Shown: positions 50,101 to 61,965 of the stretch, piece after piece
How positions within the stretch are numbered: position 1 is the stretch's first letter
Layout of the letters: each line of letters begins with the position of its first letter
Source of the DNA: Anthoceros angustus
Taxonomy: Eukaryota > Plantae > Anthocerotophyta
Direction of reading: 5' to 3'
Assembly (NCBI GenBank): GCA_010909165.1
Contig: MU008158.1
Coordinates: 1,575,478 to 1,639,477 of the forward strand
DNA: 64,000 nucleotides
Position numbers and translations under genes: made by a program
Notes under the pieces: model-generated
Told to the model about the DNA's origin: nothing
The model's input: only the letters and a program-made list of their open reading frames with translations
Database searches by the model: none

Positions 50101-52497
50101 GTGCACCTCTTAGGTTATGCGAAGGTGAGCTTTCCAGGAACTTCCCAAGATTTTTAAAAGTACGACAAACTTTGTGCTGAGAGTTTTGTCTGATGGATGG
50201 AGTCTGAATTGCGGCAAGATCACAATCTCCTATGTTGGATGGCAGAGATGCCCTCCTGTATCAGGTGTAGAGAAGTCTGCAGAAGCTCACCTACGGGTGT
50301 TGGGAGAGAAGGAGCGGTGGAGTATTGATGTTTTGTTGCAGATGTTGACTCAACTTTTACCAGCCATACGAGATGCTGCTGTAAATAGCTGTCCCTTCAG
50401 GGATGCTGTACAGGAGGCCTTTCATGAATCTGGTTTTTCGGATGACCTTGTCAGATTGTTTGCTGAGTAAGTGGTGATGTTTTACCAGCACGGTTTGCTG
50501 TATTCCCTTCTGCATCTAATGACGGCTCTTATCTCAGGACGGAGGTTGACTGGGTTGTCCTTGATTGGATGTTTGAGGACTGCTTTCCAGCTTTGCTGCA
50601 ACTTGCTTGCATGTTGCCAGCCAGGGAAGAGATTCTCCGCACACGGCTTTGCAAGGTATGCATGGTGTGCACTTGAAACACATTCATGGGCTTGTGTAGA
50701 CTTTGTGGTCAATGGCTCAAGTTCCTTTGTTATACCAGGTGCTATTTTCTGTCGATTCATGCTTTGGAGGCTGCTATCATTCCACCATAGTTGTGCCGAT
50801 TTTTCTTGCTGCCGTTGGTGACGGCGTGGAGCAAGCATCTGTCTCCTAAGCTCGTCAGTCGGATTATTGGTAAGCACAGTTTTTGTGGTGTTTTAAGACA
50901 GTGCAACCCAAGAGGCTGAAAGGCCAAATATGTGCAGGCCTGAGACCGAGAACAGCAGCAGAAGAGCAGCTGGCTGTTATGTGTGTCCTCCCTCTGCTCT
51001 TAGCTGGAGTGCTTAGTGCCTCAAGTGTGCAACATGAGTTCTTTGCCGCTTACTTGAGAAATCTGATTTTGCAATCCACATTCAAGCATGGGGCTTGGAG
51101 AAGTTCACACTCTCCAGATCTTATTGATGCTGTTAGATTTCTCTGGTAATTCCTGTTCTCCCTTTGTCGAACTGGCACCAGCCATGATAATTGCGCTTAC
51201 TGTCTCGTTCACAAGTACTAGCATATGAATATGTGGTGAAAAGGCGTATGACACCAGAGTTCTTCACAGTTCTTTCAAGGAGCAACATGGAGCCATCATG
51301 GGAGTTCTTTGGGACTTGGTTGTCAATGCAAATGCTCCTGTGAAGGTCACCGCCACAGTTATATCAAGGGCATTGGTACGTCGATTGAGTGAGCGTCTTG
51401 GGATATGGACATGGAGGACTTTGATCCTGAGTACTGTTTCTGAACTTTGGTGAATGATTCAGATTGGGTATGCGGATTTGAAGCTGGTGACTCAGCAATT
51501 GTTGCCAGCGTTGGTGACTCTTGCTTCTGACCCAAATGTCGAAGTTAAGCATTCCAGTATCGAAGCTTTTGGATCTGTTGCTCAACACTTCAAGGAAGAG
51601 GCGGTATGGCAGATGACTAACAATTCTAGATTTCCAGTTAAGCTTGTAGGCCTCTGGATTGAGTTAAACTCAGGTGGCTAGATGCAGTTGTTTAAAGTAG
51701 TCATGAATCTTGGAGTTGAGCAGCGTATTTGTTGGCGTAAATTGCAGGTTGTCGACAAAATACGTGTCCAGATGGATGCATTTCTGGAGGATGGATCACA
51801 CGAAGCTGTCATCAAAGTAGTCCGAACATTTGCTGCCATTTTGCCCGTCTCAGCATCCAATCTGCGGGATTATATCCTTTTGAGCTTGATTTTTGTTTTT
51901 TCCAGCACCTCCCTTCAATGCTTGTGATGCCTACTGGCAAGGGTATTGTCCTTGACTGGGAGTACATCTGCTGCAAAAACTGCTTGTGTTGTCTTCTGCG
52001 AACACAAGCAGCATCGCTCATCTGACGCCGTGAAAGAGCTGATGCCTTCAGTGAAGCCATTCGTGCACTTGATGCTACAGGTCCGTTGAAATCCTCTGGA
52101 CACCTGTTGCAGTTCAGCAGACCGTCGGATATTGCCGCTGCTAACGAAGATGCCGTGATTCAGATCTTTCCCCACCAGTGTCAAAGAACTTCTGCTTCCC
52201 ACAGTTCAGAATCTTCTTAAGGATTCTGATTCTCTAGATCCAGCACACAAAGAAGCCCTGGAGGTCATTTTAAAGGAAAGAACTGTCAACAGATTGGAAT
52301 CCATCAGCAAAAGTCATGACAATGGGAAGCCTATTTGGAGAAGGTGGATTTTTTGAGTAAGAAGGAGTTGGGTGATGATATACTTAGCCCAAACAGCCTG
52401 ACACCCCACAAGAGGCAGGCATGCTGAAGCGGATGATGAGAAACAACTACGGCGGAAATTTATTCAGCAGGGCAGTAGCACCACACCTGATCATTGA
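47178..52497 (+). CDS. RELCH: RAB11-binding protein RELCH homolog (LisH + coiled-coil + HEAT repeats, KIAA1468 family), multi-exon
   Basis: AVKEYLVTCGYKVTAMTFLEE, ALPKIVPYVLINHREELLPL, LFNLIKRPDELQRRIIMD, ELLPQCWEQ, RLLVAQSCGEL and LDPAHKEALEVILKER. Short GT-AG introns. Scattered indels look like sequencing error. Confidence 0.9.
48448..48522 (+). other. GC-AG intron in RELCH
   Basis: CAG|GCAAGG...TTACGCAG|ATA. Splicing gives in-frame KDQQ-ILHLTDSLE. Same arrangement in the duplicate at ~46794. Confidence 0.75.
51872..51965 (+). other. U12-type AT-AC intron in RELCH (copy at 55060-55152)
   Basis: 5' ATATCCTTT, branch site TCCTTGAC (51949-51956) and 3' AC. Splicing restores LRDY|LLQKL. Confidence 0.92.
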
Positions 52498-52905
52498 AAT
52501 TGGCCTACACAAGCTCCAACAACTCTGGCTAAATTTTTCTTCAGCGGATTACAACTCTGGCGAAATTGCTTTTGTATGACTGTAGAGGTCTGTCGGTTAT
52601 GCTAAATAATCAGGTGATGGTGATGTGAGAAACAAGGAGTAGGGCTCCCTTTGTTCAATGTGAAGTCTAGTTTTCGACAAGGACTCCAAGGAGTGTCCAT
52701 AGCTCTTGGCCCGGTTCCGATAAATTTTAGAACGGCCACGGTAGCGAGACATTCGCATCTTGGGCATCCCAACGCTACGTTGAACCTACCTCTCCTAAGC
52801 AGTGTGACTGGAGGTACCGCCCGAGTAATTCTGAAGTAGAGTTAGTTTCGGGTGGTTACTAAGTAGAGTTAGCTTCCAAATTAGGTTGCACAGTCTGTAA
52901 GTAGC

Positions 52906-55687
52906 AGCGCACACAATTTGGCTCTTCTACTTCCACTTTTCTCCAACATGGAGAAGTATTTCAAGGTCAGCACTGCTAAGATCTGCTGGGGAGCAAACAT
53001 GGCGCAGGATATCTGACTCCAAAGATGGTTACAAAGTAAGCACCTAGTGCAATCTAGAGTAGATTGTTAGGATTCTGGGTCCCCCTAAGCTCAGGTTTTG
53101 TAATCTAGCTAGGTCACTGCATATCTCATGCGAGTCTCTGTGGCTTGCAGGTGGAAGAGCTCTTATTTCAGCTGGTCTCTGATCCATCAGCGATTGTTGT
53201 GGAGACTACCCTAAAGAAACTTCTTCCTGCTGTATTAACATGGATGGAGTCCGGAAGAAAGCCCCTGCTGCCCCTACTCCGATCACTTATTGTGCACCTC
53301 TTAGGTTATGCGAAGGTGAGCTTTCCAGGAACTTCCCAAGATTTTTAAAAGTACGACAAACTTTGTGCTGAGAGTTTTGTCTGATGGATGGAGTCTGAAT
53401 TGCGGCAAGATCACAATCTCCTATGTTGGATGGCAGAGATGCCCTCCTGTATCAGGTGTAGAGAAGTCTGCAGAAGCTCACCTACGGGTGTTGGGAGAGA
53501 AGGAGCGGTGGAGTATTGATGTTTTGTTGCAGATGTTGACTCAACTTTACCAGCCATACGAGATGCTGCTGTAAAATAGCTGTCCCTTCAGGGATGCTGT
53601 ACAGGAGGCCTTTCATGAATCTGGTTTTCGGATGACCTTGTCAGATTGTTTGCTGAGTAAGTGGTGATGTTTTACCAGCACGGTTTGCTGTATTCCTTCT
53701 GCATCTAATGACGGCTCTTATCTCAGGACGGAGGTTGACTGGGTTGTCCTTGATTGGATGTTTTGAGGACTGCTTTCCAGCTTTGCTGCAACTTGCTTGC
53801 ATGTTGCCAGCCAGGGAAGAGATTCTCCGCACACGGCTTTGCAAGGTATGCATGGTGTGCACTTGAAACACATTCATGGGCTTGTGTAGACTTTGTGGTC
53901 AATGGCTCAGAAGTTCCTTTGTTATACCAGGTGCTATTTTCTGTCGATTCATGCTTTGGAGGCTGCTATCATTCCACCATAGTTGTGCCGATTTTTCTTG
54001 CTGCCGTTGGTGACGACGTGGAGCCGAAGCATCTGTCTCCTAAGCTCGTCAGTCGGATTATTGGTAAGCACAGTTTTTTGTGGTGTTTTAAGACAGTGCA
54101 ACCCAAGAGGCTGAAAGGCCAAATATGTGCAGGCCTGAGACCGAGAACAGCAGCAGAAGAGCAGCTGGCTGTTATGTGTGTCCTCCCTCTGCTCTTAGCT
54201 GGAGTGCTTAGTGCCTCAAGTGTGCAACATGAGTTCTTTGCCGCTTACTTGAGAAATCTGATTTTGCAATCCACATTCAAGCATGGGGCTTGGAGAAGTT
54301 CACACTCCAGATCTTATTGATGCTGTTAGATTTCTCTGGTAATTCCTGTTCTCCTTTGTCGAACTGGCACCAGCCATGATAATTGCGCTTACTGTCTGTT
54401 CACAAGTACTAGCATATGAATATGTGGTGAAAAGGCGTATGACACCAGAGTTCTTCACAGTTCTTTCAAGGAGCAACATGGAGCCATCATGGGAGTTCTT
54501 TGGGACTTGGTTGTCAATGCAAATGCTCCTGTGAAGGTCACCGCCACAGTTATATCAAGGGCATTGGTACGTCGATTGAGTGAGCGTCTTGGGATATGGA
54601 CATGGAGGACTTTGATCCTGAGTACTGTTTCTGAACTTTGGTGAATGATTCAGATTGGGTATGCGGATTTGAAGCTGGTGACTCAGCAATTGTTGCCAGC
54701 GTTGGTGACTCTTGCTTCTGACCCAAATGTCGAGGTTAAGCATTCCAGTATCGAAGCTTTTGGATCTGTTGCTCAACACTTCAAGGAAGAGGCGGTATGG
54801 CAGATGACTAACAATTCTAGATTTCCAGTTGCTTGTAGGCCTCTGGATTGAGTTAAACTCAGGTGGCTAGATGCAGTTGTTTAAAGTAGTCATGAATCTT
54901 GGAGTTGAGCAGCGTATTTGTTGGCGTAAATTGCAGGTTGTCGACAAAATACGTGTCCAGATGGATGCATTTCTGGAGGATGGATCACACGAAGCTGTCA
55001 TCAAAGTAGTCCGAACATTTGCTGCCATTTTGCCCGTCTCAGCATCCAATCTGCGGATTATATCCTTTGAGCTTGATTTTTGTTTTTTCCAGCACCTCCC
55101 TTCAATGCTTGTGATGCCTACTGGCAAGGGTATTGTCCTTGACTGGGAGTACATCTGCTGCAAAAACTGCTTGTGTTGTCTTCTGCCGGAACACAAGCAG
55201 CATCGCTCATGCGACGCCGTGAAAGAGCTGATGCCTTCAGTGAAGCCATTCGTGCACTTGATGCTACAGGTCCGTTGAAATCCTCTGGACACCTGTTGCA
55301 GTTCAGCAGACCGTCGGATATTGCCGCTGCTAACGAAGATGCCGTGATTCAGATCTTTCCCCCACCAGTGTCAAAGAACTTCTGCTTCCCACAGTTCAGA
55401 ATCTTCTTAAGGATTCTGATTCTCTAGATCCAGCACACAAAGAAGCCCTGGAGGTCATTTTAAAGGAAAGAACTGTCAACAGATTGGAATCCATCAGCAA
55501 AGTCATGACAATGGGAAGCCTATTTGGAGAAGGTGGATTTTTGAGTAAGAAGGAGTTGGGTGATGATATACTTAGCCCAAACAGCCCGACACCCCCACAA
55601 GAGGCAGGCATGCTGAAGCGGATGATGAGAAACAACTACGGCGGAAATTTATTCAGCAGGGCGAGTAGCACCACACCTGATCATTGA
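52906..55687 (+). CDS. RELCH homolog, 3' partial duplicate
   Basis: Near-identical copy of ~49718-52497. The junction sits at an AAG..GCAGC microhomology. Confidence 0.85.
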
Positions 55688-56203
55688 AATTGGCCTACAC
55701 AAGCTCCAACAACTCTGGCTAAATTTTTCTTCAGCGGATTACAACTCTGGCGAAATTGCTTTTGTATGACTGTAGAGGTCTGTCGGTTATGCTAAATAAT
55801 CAGGTGATGGTGATGTGAGAAACAAGGGAGTAGGGCTCCCTTTGTTCAATGTGAAGTCTAGTTTTCGACAAGGACTCCAAGGAGTGTCCATAGCTCTTGG
55901 CCCGGTTCCGATAAATTTTAGAACGGCCACGGTAGCGAGACATTCGCATCTTGGGCATCCCAACGCTACGTTGAACCTACCTCTCCCTAAGCAGTGTGAC
56001 TGGAGGTACCGCCCGAGTAATTCTGAAGTAGAGTTAGTTTCGGGTGGTTACTAAGTAGAGTTAGCTTCCAAATTAGGTTGCACAGTCTGTAAGTAGCAAC
56101 AAATTAAAATTGGCTTCCTACTTAATGATAAGCGCCTTGCTCGATAAAAGATTGCTCTCTTATTGGCATACCGAGCAGGACACGTTGCCCTAGCTCGATT
56201 GTC

Positions 56204-56431
56204 GTTGAGAGTAATTCAAGTATCTACTAAGTAGAGTTAGTTTCCTAATTAGGTAGAACAGTTTGCAAGTAGCAATAAAATAGAAGTAGCAACAAAATAG
56301 AATTAAATTCCTACTTAATGGAGCTCTGTCCTCTATATGGAGACCTCTAAAGGTTAGGTTTATTATCCCTTTTCCTTGTATATTACTTACTCCTCTTGCT
56401 TCAAAGCTCTCACTACTGTATAACTTGGTAT
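56204..56431 (+). repeat. LTR-like module (GTTGAGAGTAATTC...TATAAC + TGGTATC); copies at ~59767, ~60431, ~61733, related units at ~56016, 58655-59030, 59580, 61545
   Basis: Recurring ~230 bp unit with a CTCTATATGG TATA-like box and AAGTAGCAA(C/T)AAAATAG subrepeats, ending in a truncated Met-PBS-like TGGTATC. Confidence 0.55.
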
Positions 56432-57024
56432 CCTCACATGTGATTGCTTAGATTGAAAAGAACAAAACAGTTCTCCTGCTTAAAAGTTCTTCCAATTTTC
56501 ATTGCCCTCATCTTATAACCACGAGAATGATTTCATCAACTTCTTTCCCCATGACGTTGAAGAACCCCATTGACATGAGTCTCCATGAGCTAATTAAGCT
56601 CAACAAAAACAAAGCAAAGGGTCATGACGGTGCTGGCCATGAAGCAGCTGGTGCCAAGGAAGGCAAATTTGTGAGCGGAGGCTCTAGAAGTTTTGCCACA
56701 AGACAAGCTAATTGTGTAGAATTCTTGAAGTTTTGCCACAAGACAAGCTAATTGTGTAGAATTCTTGCCACAAGACAAGCTCATTGTGCAGCGGAACGAA
56801 CTGTGCCTACTTCACCTCCCAGCTTTGTAACTAGGTCCACGAAAAGAAGCTTTGGCGTGCCACGTTAGGTGGTCAAGTACCTTGTGGTACTTTGCCGCAT
56901 GTTGCTCTAATTTTGTAACATTTGTGTCTTGGTTCTGTTGAGATTGAATTTTGTGTTTCTCTTAATGCAGCAAGCTCGTATATCTATTGAACCAAACAAC
57001 TACTTTGTGATCGACCTTGATGAC

Positions 57025-57110
57025 AAGCCAATGGTCATTAAGCCAATGGTCATTAAGCCAATTGTCATTAAGTCAATGGTCATTAAGCCAATGGTCATTA
57101 AGTCTATGGT
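57025..57110 (+). repeat. 15 bp minisatellite (reads KPMVI in frame)
   Basis: AAG(C/T)CAAT(G/T)GTCATT tandem, also at ~62477 and ~63528. Confidence 0.9.
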
Positions 57111-57999
57111 AGAGGCTCAACAATTCAAATCAGTGGAACACTATTGGATATCAACTTAGAACTTGAACTATTTAGTGGCTAGCTAGGTAAGAACTAAGGT
57201 AGACATTTGATAACCCAGATCAACGAAATAGCGGATTCTAAGAATTTAGATTTTTTTGTGACTGGTTGGGTAAGACAAGAAGTAGAGGCTCAACAACTCA
57301 TATTAATGAATCAACATATTCTAAGAACTTGAATTGTTTCAAGGTTCGACTGTTTTATTAATGCAACTGAATCTCACTATCATGTTGGGTGTTAATGAAA
57401 ACAATAAAAAATAGTAATCAAGCATTCTAGTGTTCATTTATTTTTAATATATAATATAAAATTAAGTTTACATATTATTATATTATTAATTAAATTAATA
57501 AAATAATACGTGATATTAAAAAAATAATACATGACATGCAATTTAGTGAGCTCTTGAGAAAAAATATCTGATTTTGGAGGACGCATTTTTATGAATATGT
57601 CTAGTATGTTGAGTAGCTTAAGCCTCCACGTTCACAATTTAGACTCATTTACAAAGACCAAACTGAAAATTCATGTTAAAAGTTCATCAATTATGTTAGA
57701 AGCTCCAAGACGTTTCATCCATAACTCATATGTTTCTATAATTTTAGAAGGTCTTGTATGTTGTTTTAAGTATTTTAAAAAATAGCACCCATATGTAGAA
57801 TTGTTAGCAAATAAAATTATCCAAGAATTAAGTTTTTAAAACAAAATATATCTAAGCGTGATCTTTATGTAATAAACAAAGATAGGTGATCGCCCCTATG
57901 ACAAAAAGTTAGAATTTGGAAAACCAAGCTACACATCAGGTATTCCTTTAAAACCACCATAAACCATCGCCTCCCTCCCGACTATTCTAACATTAAGTA

Positions 58000-58125
58000 T
58001 TGTAAGAACGTTAATGAACATGAAACCAACCATTTAGAGATTAATTATTGTAAGAGAATTCATAAACGTTAATGAACATGAAACCAACCATTTAGAGATT
58101 AATTATTGTAAGAGAATTCATAAAC
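58000..58125. repeat. ~58 bp tandem duplication
   Basis: AACGTTAATGAACATGAAACCAACCATTTAGAGATTAATTATTGTAAGAGAATTCATA x2. Confidence 0.85.
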
Positions 58126-59054
58126 ATCAACCGAGCCGGTTTTATTAACCAAGATGGAGGCATATAGTAATTTTATTATTTTTGGATTGAGGTATATTAG
58201 TGTGCATTAGTTTTGGATGAGACAATCTTTTCCTAACTTCTTTTTACCATAAATACTATGGTAATTGCTTCATGTTGCTTGGCAAGACTAGTCTAGAGAT
58301 GGGCATAATTAGAGAAATTGGCCGAAAGCCTTCTAGACATGTTTTTTCGGGCCGACAAACAACCCAAGAGAAGTATCATATTGTAGGTTGTGCGAGAATT
58401 TTGTAATTCAGTGAAGAAGTATGATGTTGTAGGTTGTGCAAGAATTTTGTAATTTATTGGATACATAAAGAAATTTGAAGTGATGTATCATTAGACAAGT
58501 TTAGGGAAACCTAAGGGGTTACCGAGGGAGAAGTATCATGTTGTACGTTGTGCAAGAATTTTGTACTTTATTGAATAGATAAAGAATCATGAGGTGATCT
58601 ATCATAACACAAGCTTATGGAAACCTTATGGTTAGGGTAACAAGGAAAAAGAATAAAATAGAATTAAATTCCTACTTAATGATAAGCGCCATGGGACTAA
58701 ATTATGATAAGTAGAGTTAGTTTCCTAATTAGGTAGAAACGGTTTGCAAGTAGCAATAAAATAGAAGTAGCAACAAAATAGAAGTAGCAACAAAATAGAA
58801 GTAGAGTTAGTTTTCGGGTGGTTACTAAGTAGAGTTAGTTTCCTAATTAGGTAGAAACGGTTTGCAAGTAGCAATAAAATAGAAGTAGCAACAAAATAGA
58901 AGTAGCAATAAAATAGAAGTAGAGTTAGTTTCCTAATTAGGTAGAAACGGTTTGCAAGTAGCAACAAAATAGAAGTAGCAACAAAATAGAAGTAGCAATA
59001 AAATAGAAGTAGAGTTAGCTTCCAAATATAGAATATAATTGGTCTTTTGGATAA

Positions 59055-59980
59055 ATCCATCAGCAAAAGTCATGACAATGGGAAGCCTATTTGGAGAAGG
59101 TGGATTTTTGAGTAAGAAGGAGTTGGGTGATGATATACTTAGCCCAAACAGCCTGACACCCCACAAGAGGCAGGCATGCTGAAGCGGATGATGAGAAACA
59201 ACTACGGCGGAAATTTATTCAGCAGGGAGTAGCACCACACCTGATCATTGAAATTGGCCTACACAAGCTCCAACAACTCTGGCTAAATTTTTCTTCAGCG
59301 GATTACAACTCTGGCGAAATTGCTTTTGTATGACTGTAGAGGTCTGTCGGTTATGCTAAATAATCAGGTGATGGTGATGTGAGAAACAAGGAGTAGGGCT
59401 CCCTTTGTTCAATGTGAAGTCTAGTTTTCGACAAGGACTCCAAGGAGTGTCCATAGCTCTTGGCCCGGTTCCGATAAATTTTAGAACGGCCACGGTAGCG
59501 AGACATTCGCATCTTGGGCATCCCAACGCTACGTTGAACCTACCTCTCCTAAGCAGTGTGACTGGAGGTACCGCCCGAGTAATTCTGAAGTAGAGTTAGT
59601 TTTCGGGTGGTTACTAAGTAGAGTTAGCTTCCAAATTAGGTTGCACAGTCTGTAAGTAGCAACAAATTAAAATTGGCTTCCTACTTAATGATAAGCGCCT
59701 TGCTCGATAAAAGATTGCTCTCTTATTGGCATACCGAGCAGGACACGTTGCCCTAGCTCGATTGTCGTTGAGAGTAATTCAAGTATCTACTAAGTAGAGT
59801 TAGTTTCCTAATTAGGTAGAAACGGTTTGCAAGTAGCAATAAAATAGAAGTAGCAACAAAATAGAATTAAATTCCTACTTAATGGAGCTCTGTCCTCTAT
59901 ATGGAGACCTCTAAAGGTTAGGTTTATTATCCCTTTTCCTTGTATTACTTACTCCTCTTGCTTCAAAGCTCTCACTCGAT
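59055..59980 (+). repeat. Third copy of RELCH last exon, 3' UTR and downstream module
   Basis: Matches ~55488-56415. Confidence 0.9.
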
Positions 59981-60205
59981 AACTTGGTTGGGAATCGAGA
60001 GAGGCAGAAGTGCAGCCTCCACCACAAGCAAACGCCCAAATTGACACGCCGGATTAGTGTACACTGGTTCAAGTATCCGTATGAAACCAGACTGCCTGCC
60101 TACTTTAAGCTACCTAGGCCACAAGGCGAGGAATTGTTGAATCGTTCCAGGACTTCGGTGAGGAGGTTGATCTTGAGCTTAATTGCAGTTGCCCGTTTTC
60201 CTCGG

Positions 60206-60436
60206 TCAGTAAGCAGCAATGACTTCACCTTTCATTCCAAGTGCAAGTGCCCCCAATTCCGCACTGTCCTCCATCTTCACGCCCGGTAACAGCAACGCCC
60301 TAGAACCGACATAGCAGCTCTGTCCAATCTCATTGGCTTTGAACCCTACTTTTCCTCCTTCATACAAATGCCCGAAGATGAGAGCATTTCTGCCCACAGC
60401 GGTGCCGGCTCTGACTGTCAGCAGGTCAGGGTTGAG
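60206..60436 (-). pseudogene. C-terminal fragment of a plant FAAL/NRPS-like multidomain gene (left-handed beta-helix terminal region)
   Basis: LNPDLLTVRAGTAVGRNALIFGHLYEGGKVGFKANEIGQSCYVGSRALLLPGVKMEDSAELGALALGMKGEVI* is typical of the Pls/PosA-type NRPS terminal domain. Confidence 0.75.
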
Positions 60437-60800
60437 AGTAATTCAAGTATCTACTAAGTAGAGTTAGTTTCCTAATTAGGTAGAAACGGTTTGCAAGTAG
60501 CAATAAAATAGAAGTAGCAACAAAATAGAATTAAATTCCTACTTAATGGAGCTCATCCTCTATATGGAGACCTCTAAAGGTTAGGTTTATTATCCCTTTT
60601 CCTTGTATATTACTTACTCCTCTTGCTTCAAAGCTCTCACTCTTGTATAACTTGGTATCCTCACATGTGATTGCTTGCCATGTTGTGTCTCGTAGGGATG
60701 TGAAACCCCAAAGTTCGCTGGAACTGCCATCTCTGGTTCTTCCTACCAATGCCCAACGGCAAGCAACACTGAATCCTGTGAAGAGGAGGCCTGACTGAAG

Positions 60801-61965
60801 ATATGCTACAGGTCCGTTGAAATCCTCTGGACACCTGTTGCAGTTCAGCAGACCGTCGGATATTGCCGCTGCTAGAAGATGCCGTGATTCAGATCTTTCC
60901 CCACCAGTGTCAAAGAACTTCTGCTTCCCACAGTTCAGAATCTTCTTAAGGATTCTGATTCTCTAGATCCAGCACACAAAGAAGCCCTGGAGGTCATTTT
61001 AAAGGAAAGAACTGTCAACAGATTGGAATCCATCAGCAAAAGTCATGACAATGGGAAGCCTATTTGGAGAAGGTGGATTTTTGAGTAAGAAGGAGTTGGG
61101 TGATGATATACTTAGCCCAAACAGCCTGACACAAGAGGCAGGCATGCTGAAGCGGATGATGAGAAACAACTACGGCGGAAATTTATTCAGCAGGAAGCAC
61201 CACACCTGATCATTGAAATTGGCCTACACAAGCTCCAACAACTCTGGCTAAATTTTTCTTCAGCGGATTACAACTCTGGCGAAATTGCTTTTGTATGACT
61301 GTAGAGGTCTGTCGGTTATGCTAAATAATCAGGTGATGGTGATGTGAGAAACAAGGGAGTAGGGCTCCCTTTGTTCAATGTGAAGTCTAGTTTTCGACAA
61401 GGACTCCAAGGAGTGTCCATAGCTCTTGGCCCGGTTCCGATAAATTTTAGAACGGCCACGGTAGCGAGACATTCGCATCTTGGGCATCCCAACGCTACGT
61501 TGAACCTACCTCTCCTAAGCAGTGTGACTGGAGGTACCGCCCGAGTAATTCTGAAGTAGAGTTAGTTTTCGGGTGGTTACTAAGTAGAGTTAGCTTCCAA
61601 ATTAGGTTGCACAGTCTGTAAGTAGCAACAAATTAAAATTGGCTTCCTACTTAATGATAAGCGCCTTGCTCGATAAAAGATTGCTCTCTTATTGGCATAC
61701 CGAGCAGGACACGTTGCCCTAGCTCGATTGTCGTTGAGAGTAATTCAAGTATCTACTAAGTAGAGTTAGTTTCTAATTAGGTAGAAACGGTTTGCAAGAA
61801 TAAAATAGAAGTAGCAACAAAATAGAATTAAATTCCTACTTAATGGAGCTCTGTCCTCTATATGGAGACCTCTAAAGGTTAGGTTTATTATCCCTTTTCC
61901 TTGTATATTACTTACTCCTCTTGCTTCAAAGCTCTCACTCTTGTATAACTTGGTATCCTCACATG
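60801..61965 (+). repeat. Fourth copy of RELCH 3' end plus downstream module
   Basis: Matches ~55261-56445 and is joined through the 11 nt ATGCTACAGGT. Confidence 0.9.

Larger units (their letters stand above)
56450..58130 (+). repeat. AT-rich repeat unit carrying a short DMSL-motif ORF, a ~40 bp tandem repeat and a 15 bp minisatellite; partial copies at 62390-62910 and 62925-64000
   Basis: Direct sequence identity between copies. TTTTGCCACAAGACAAGCTAATTGTGTAGAATTCTTG x2.5 and AAGCCAATGGTCATT x~6. Confidence 0.8.

Noticed and set aside
47178-52497. RELCH, ArfGAP and KH genes as pseudogenes because of frameshifts
   Set aside because: The RELCH and ArfGAP indels differ between duplicate copies and often fall in homopolymers, consistent with sequencing error. 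The KH gene has no duplicate to compare, but its motifs and splice sites are otherwise intact.
58725-59066. Hydrophobic repeat ORF (LLFYCYFYFVATSILLLL)n
   Set aside because: It is the antisense translation of an A-rich tandem array, with no evidence of coding.
45527-61215. A real RELCH multigene cluster
   Set aside because: The copies are partial and near-identical including introns, and differ mainly by indels. One gene plus duplicated segments explains them.
56016-61960. CRISPR-like repeat-spacer array (recurring AAGTAGAGTTAG units with intervening sequence)
   Set aside because: The context is eukaryotic, spacing is irregular, the intervening sequences are themselves repeated, and there are no cas genes.
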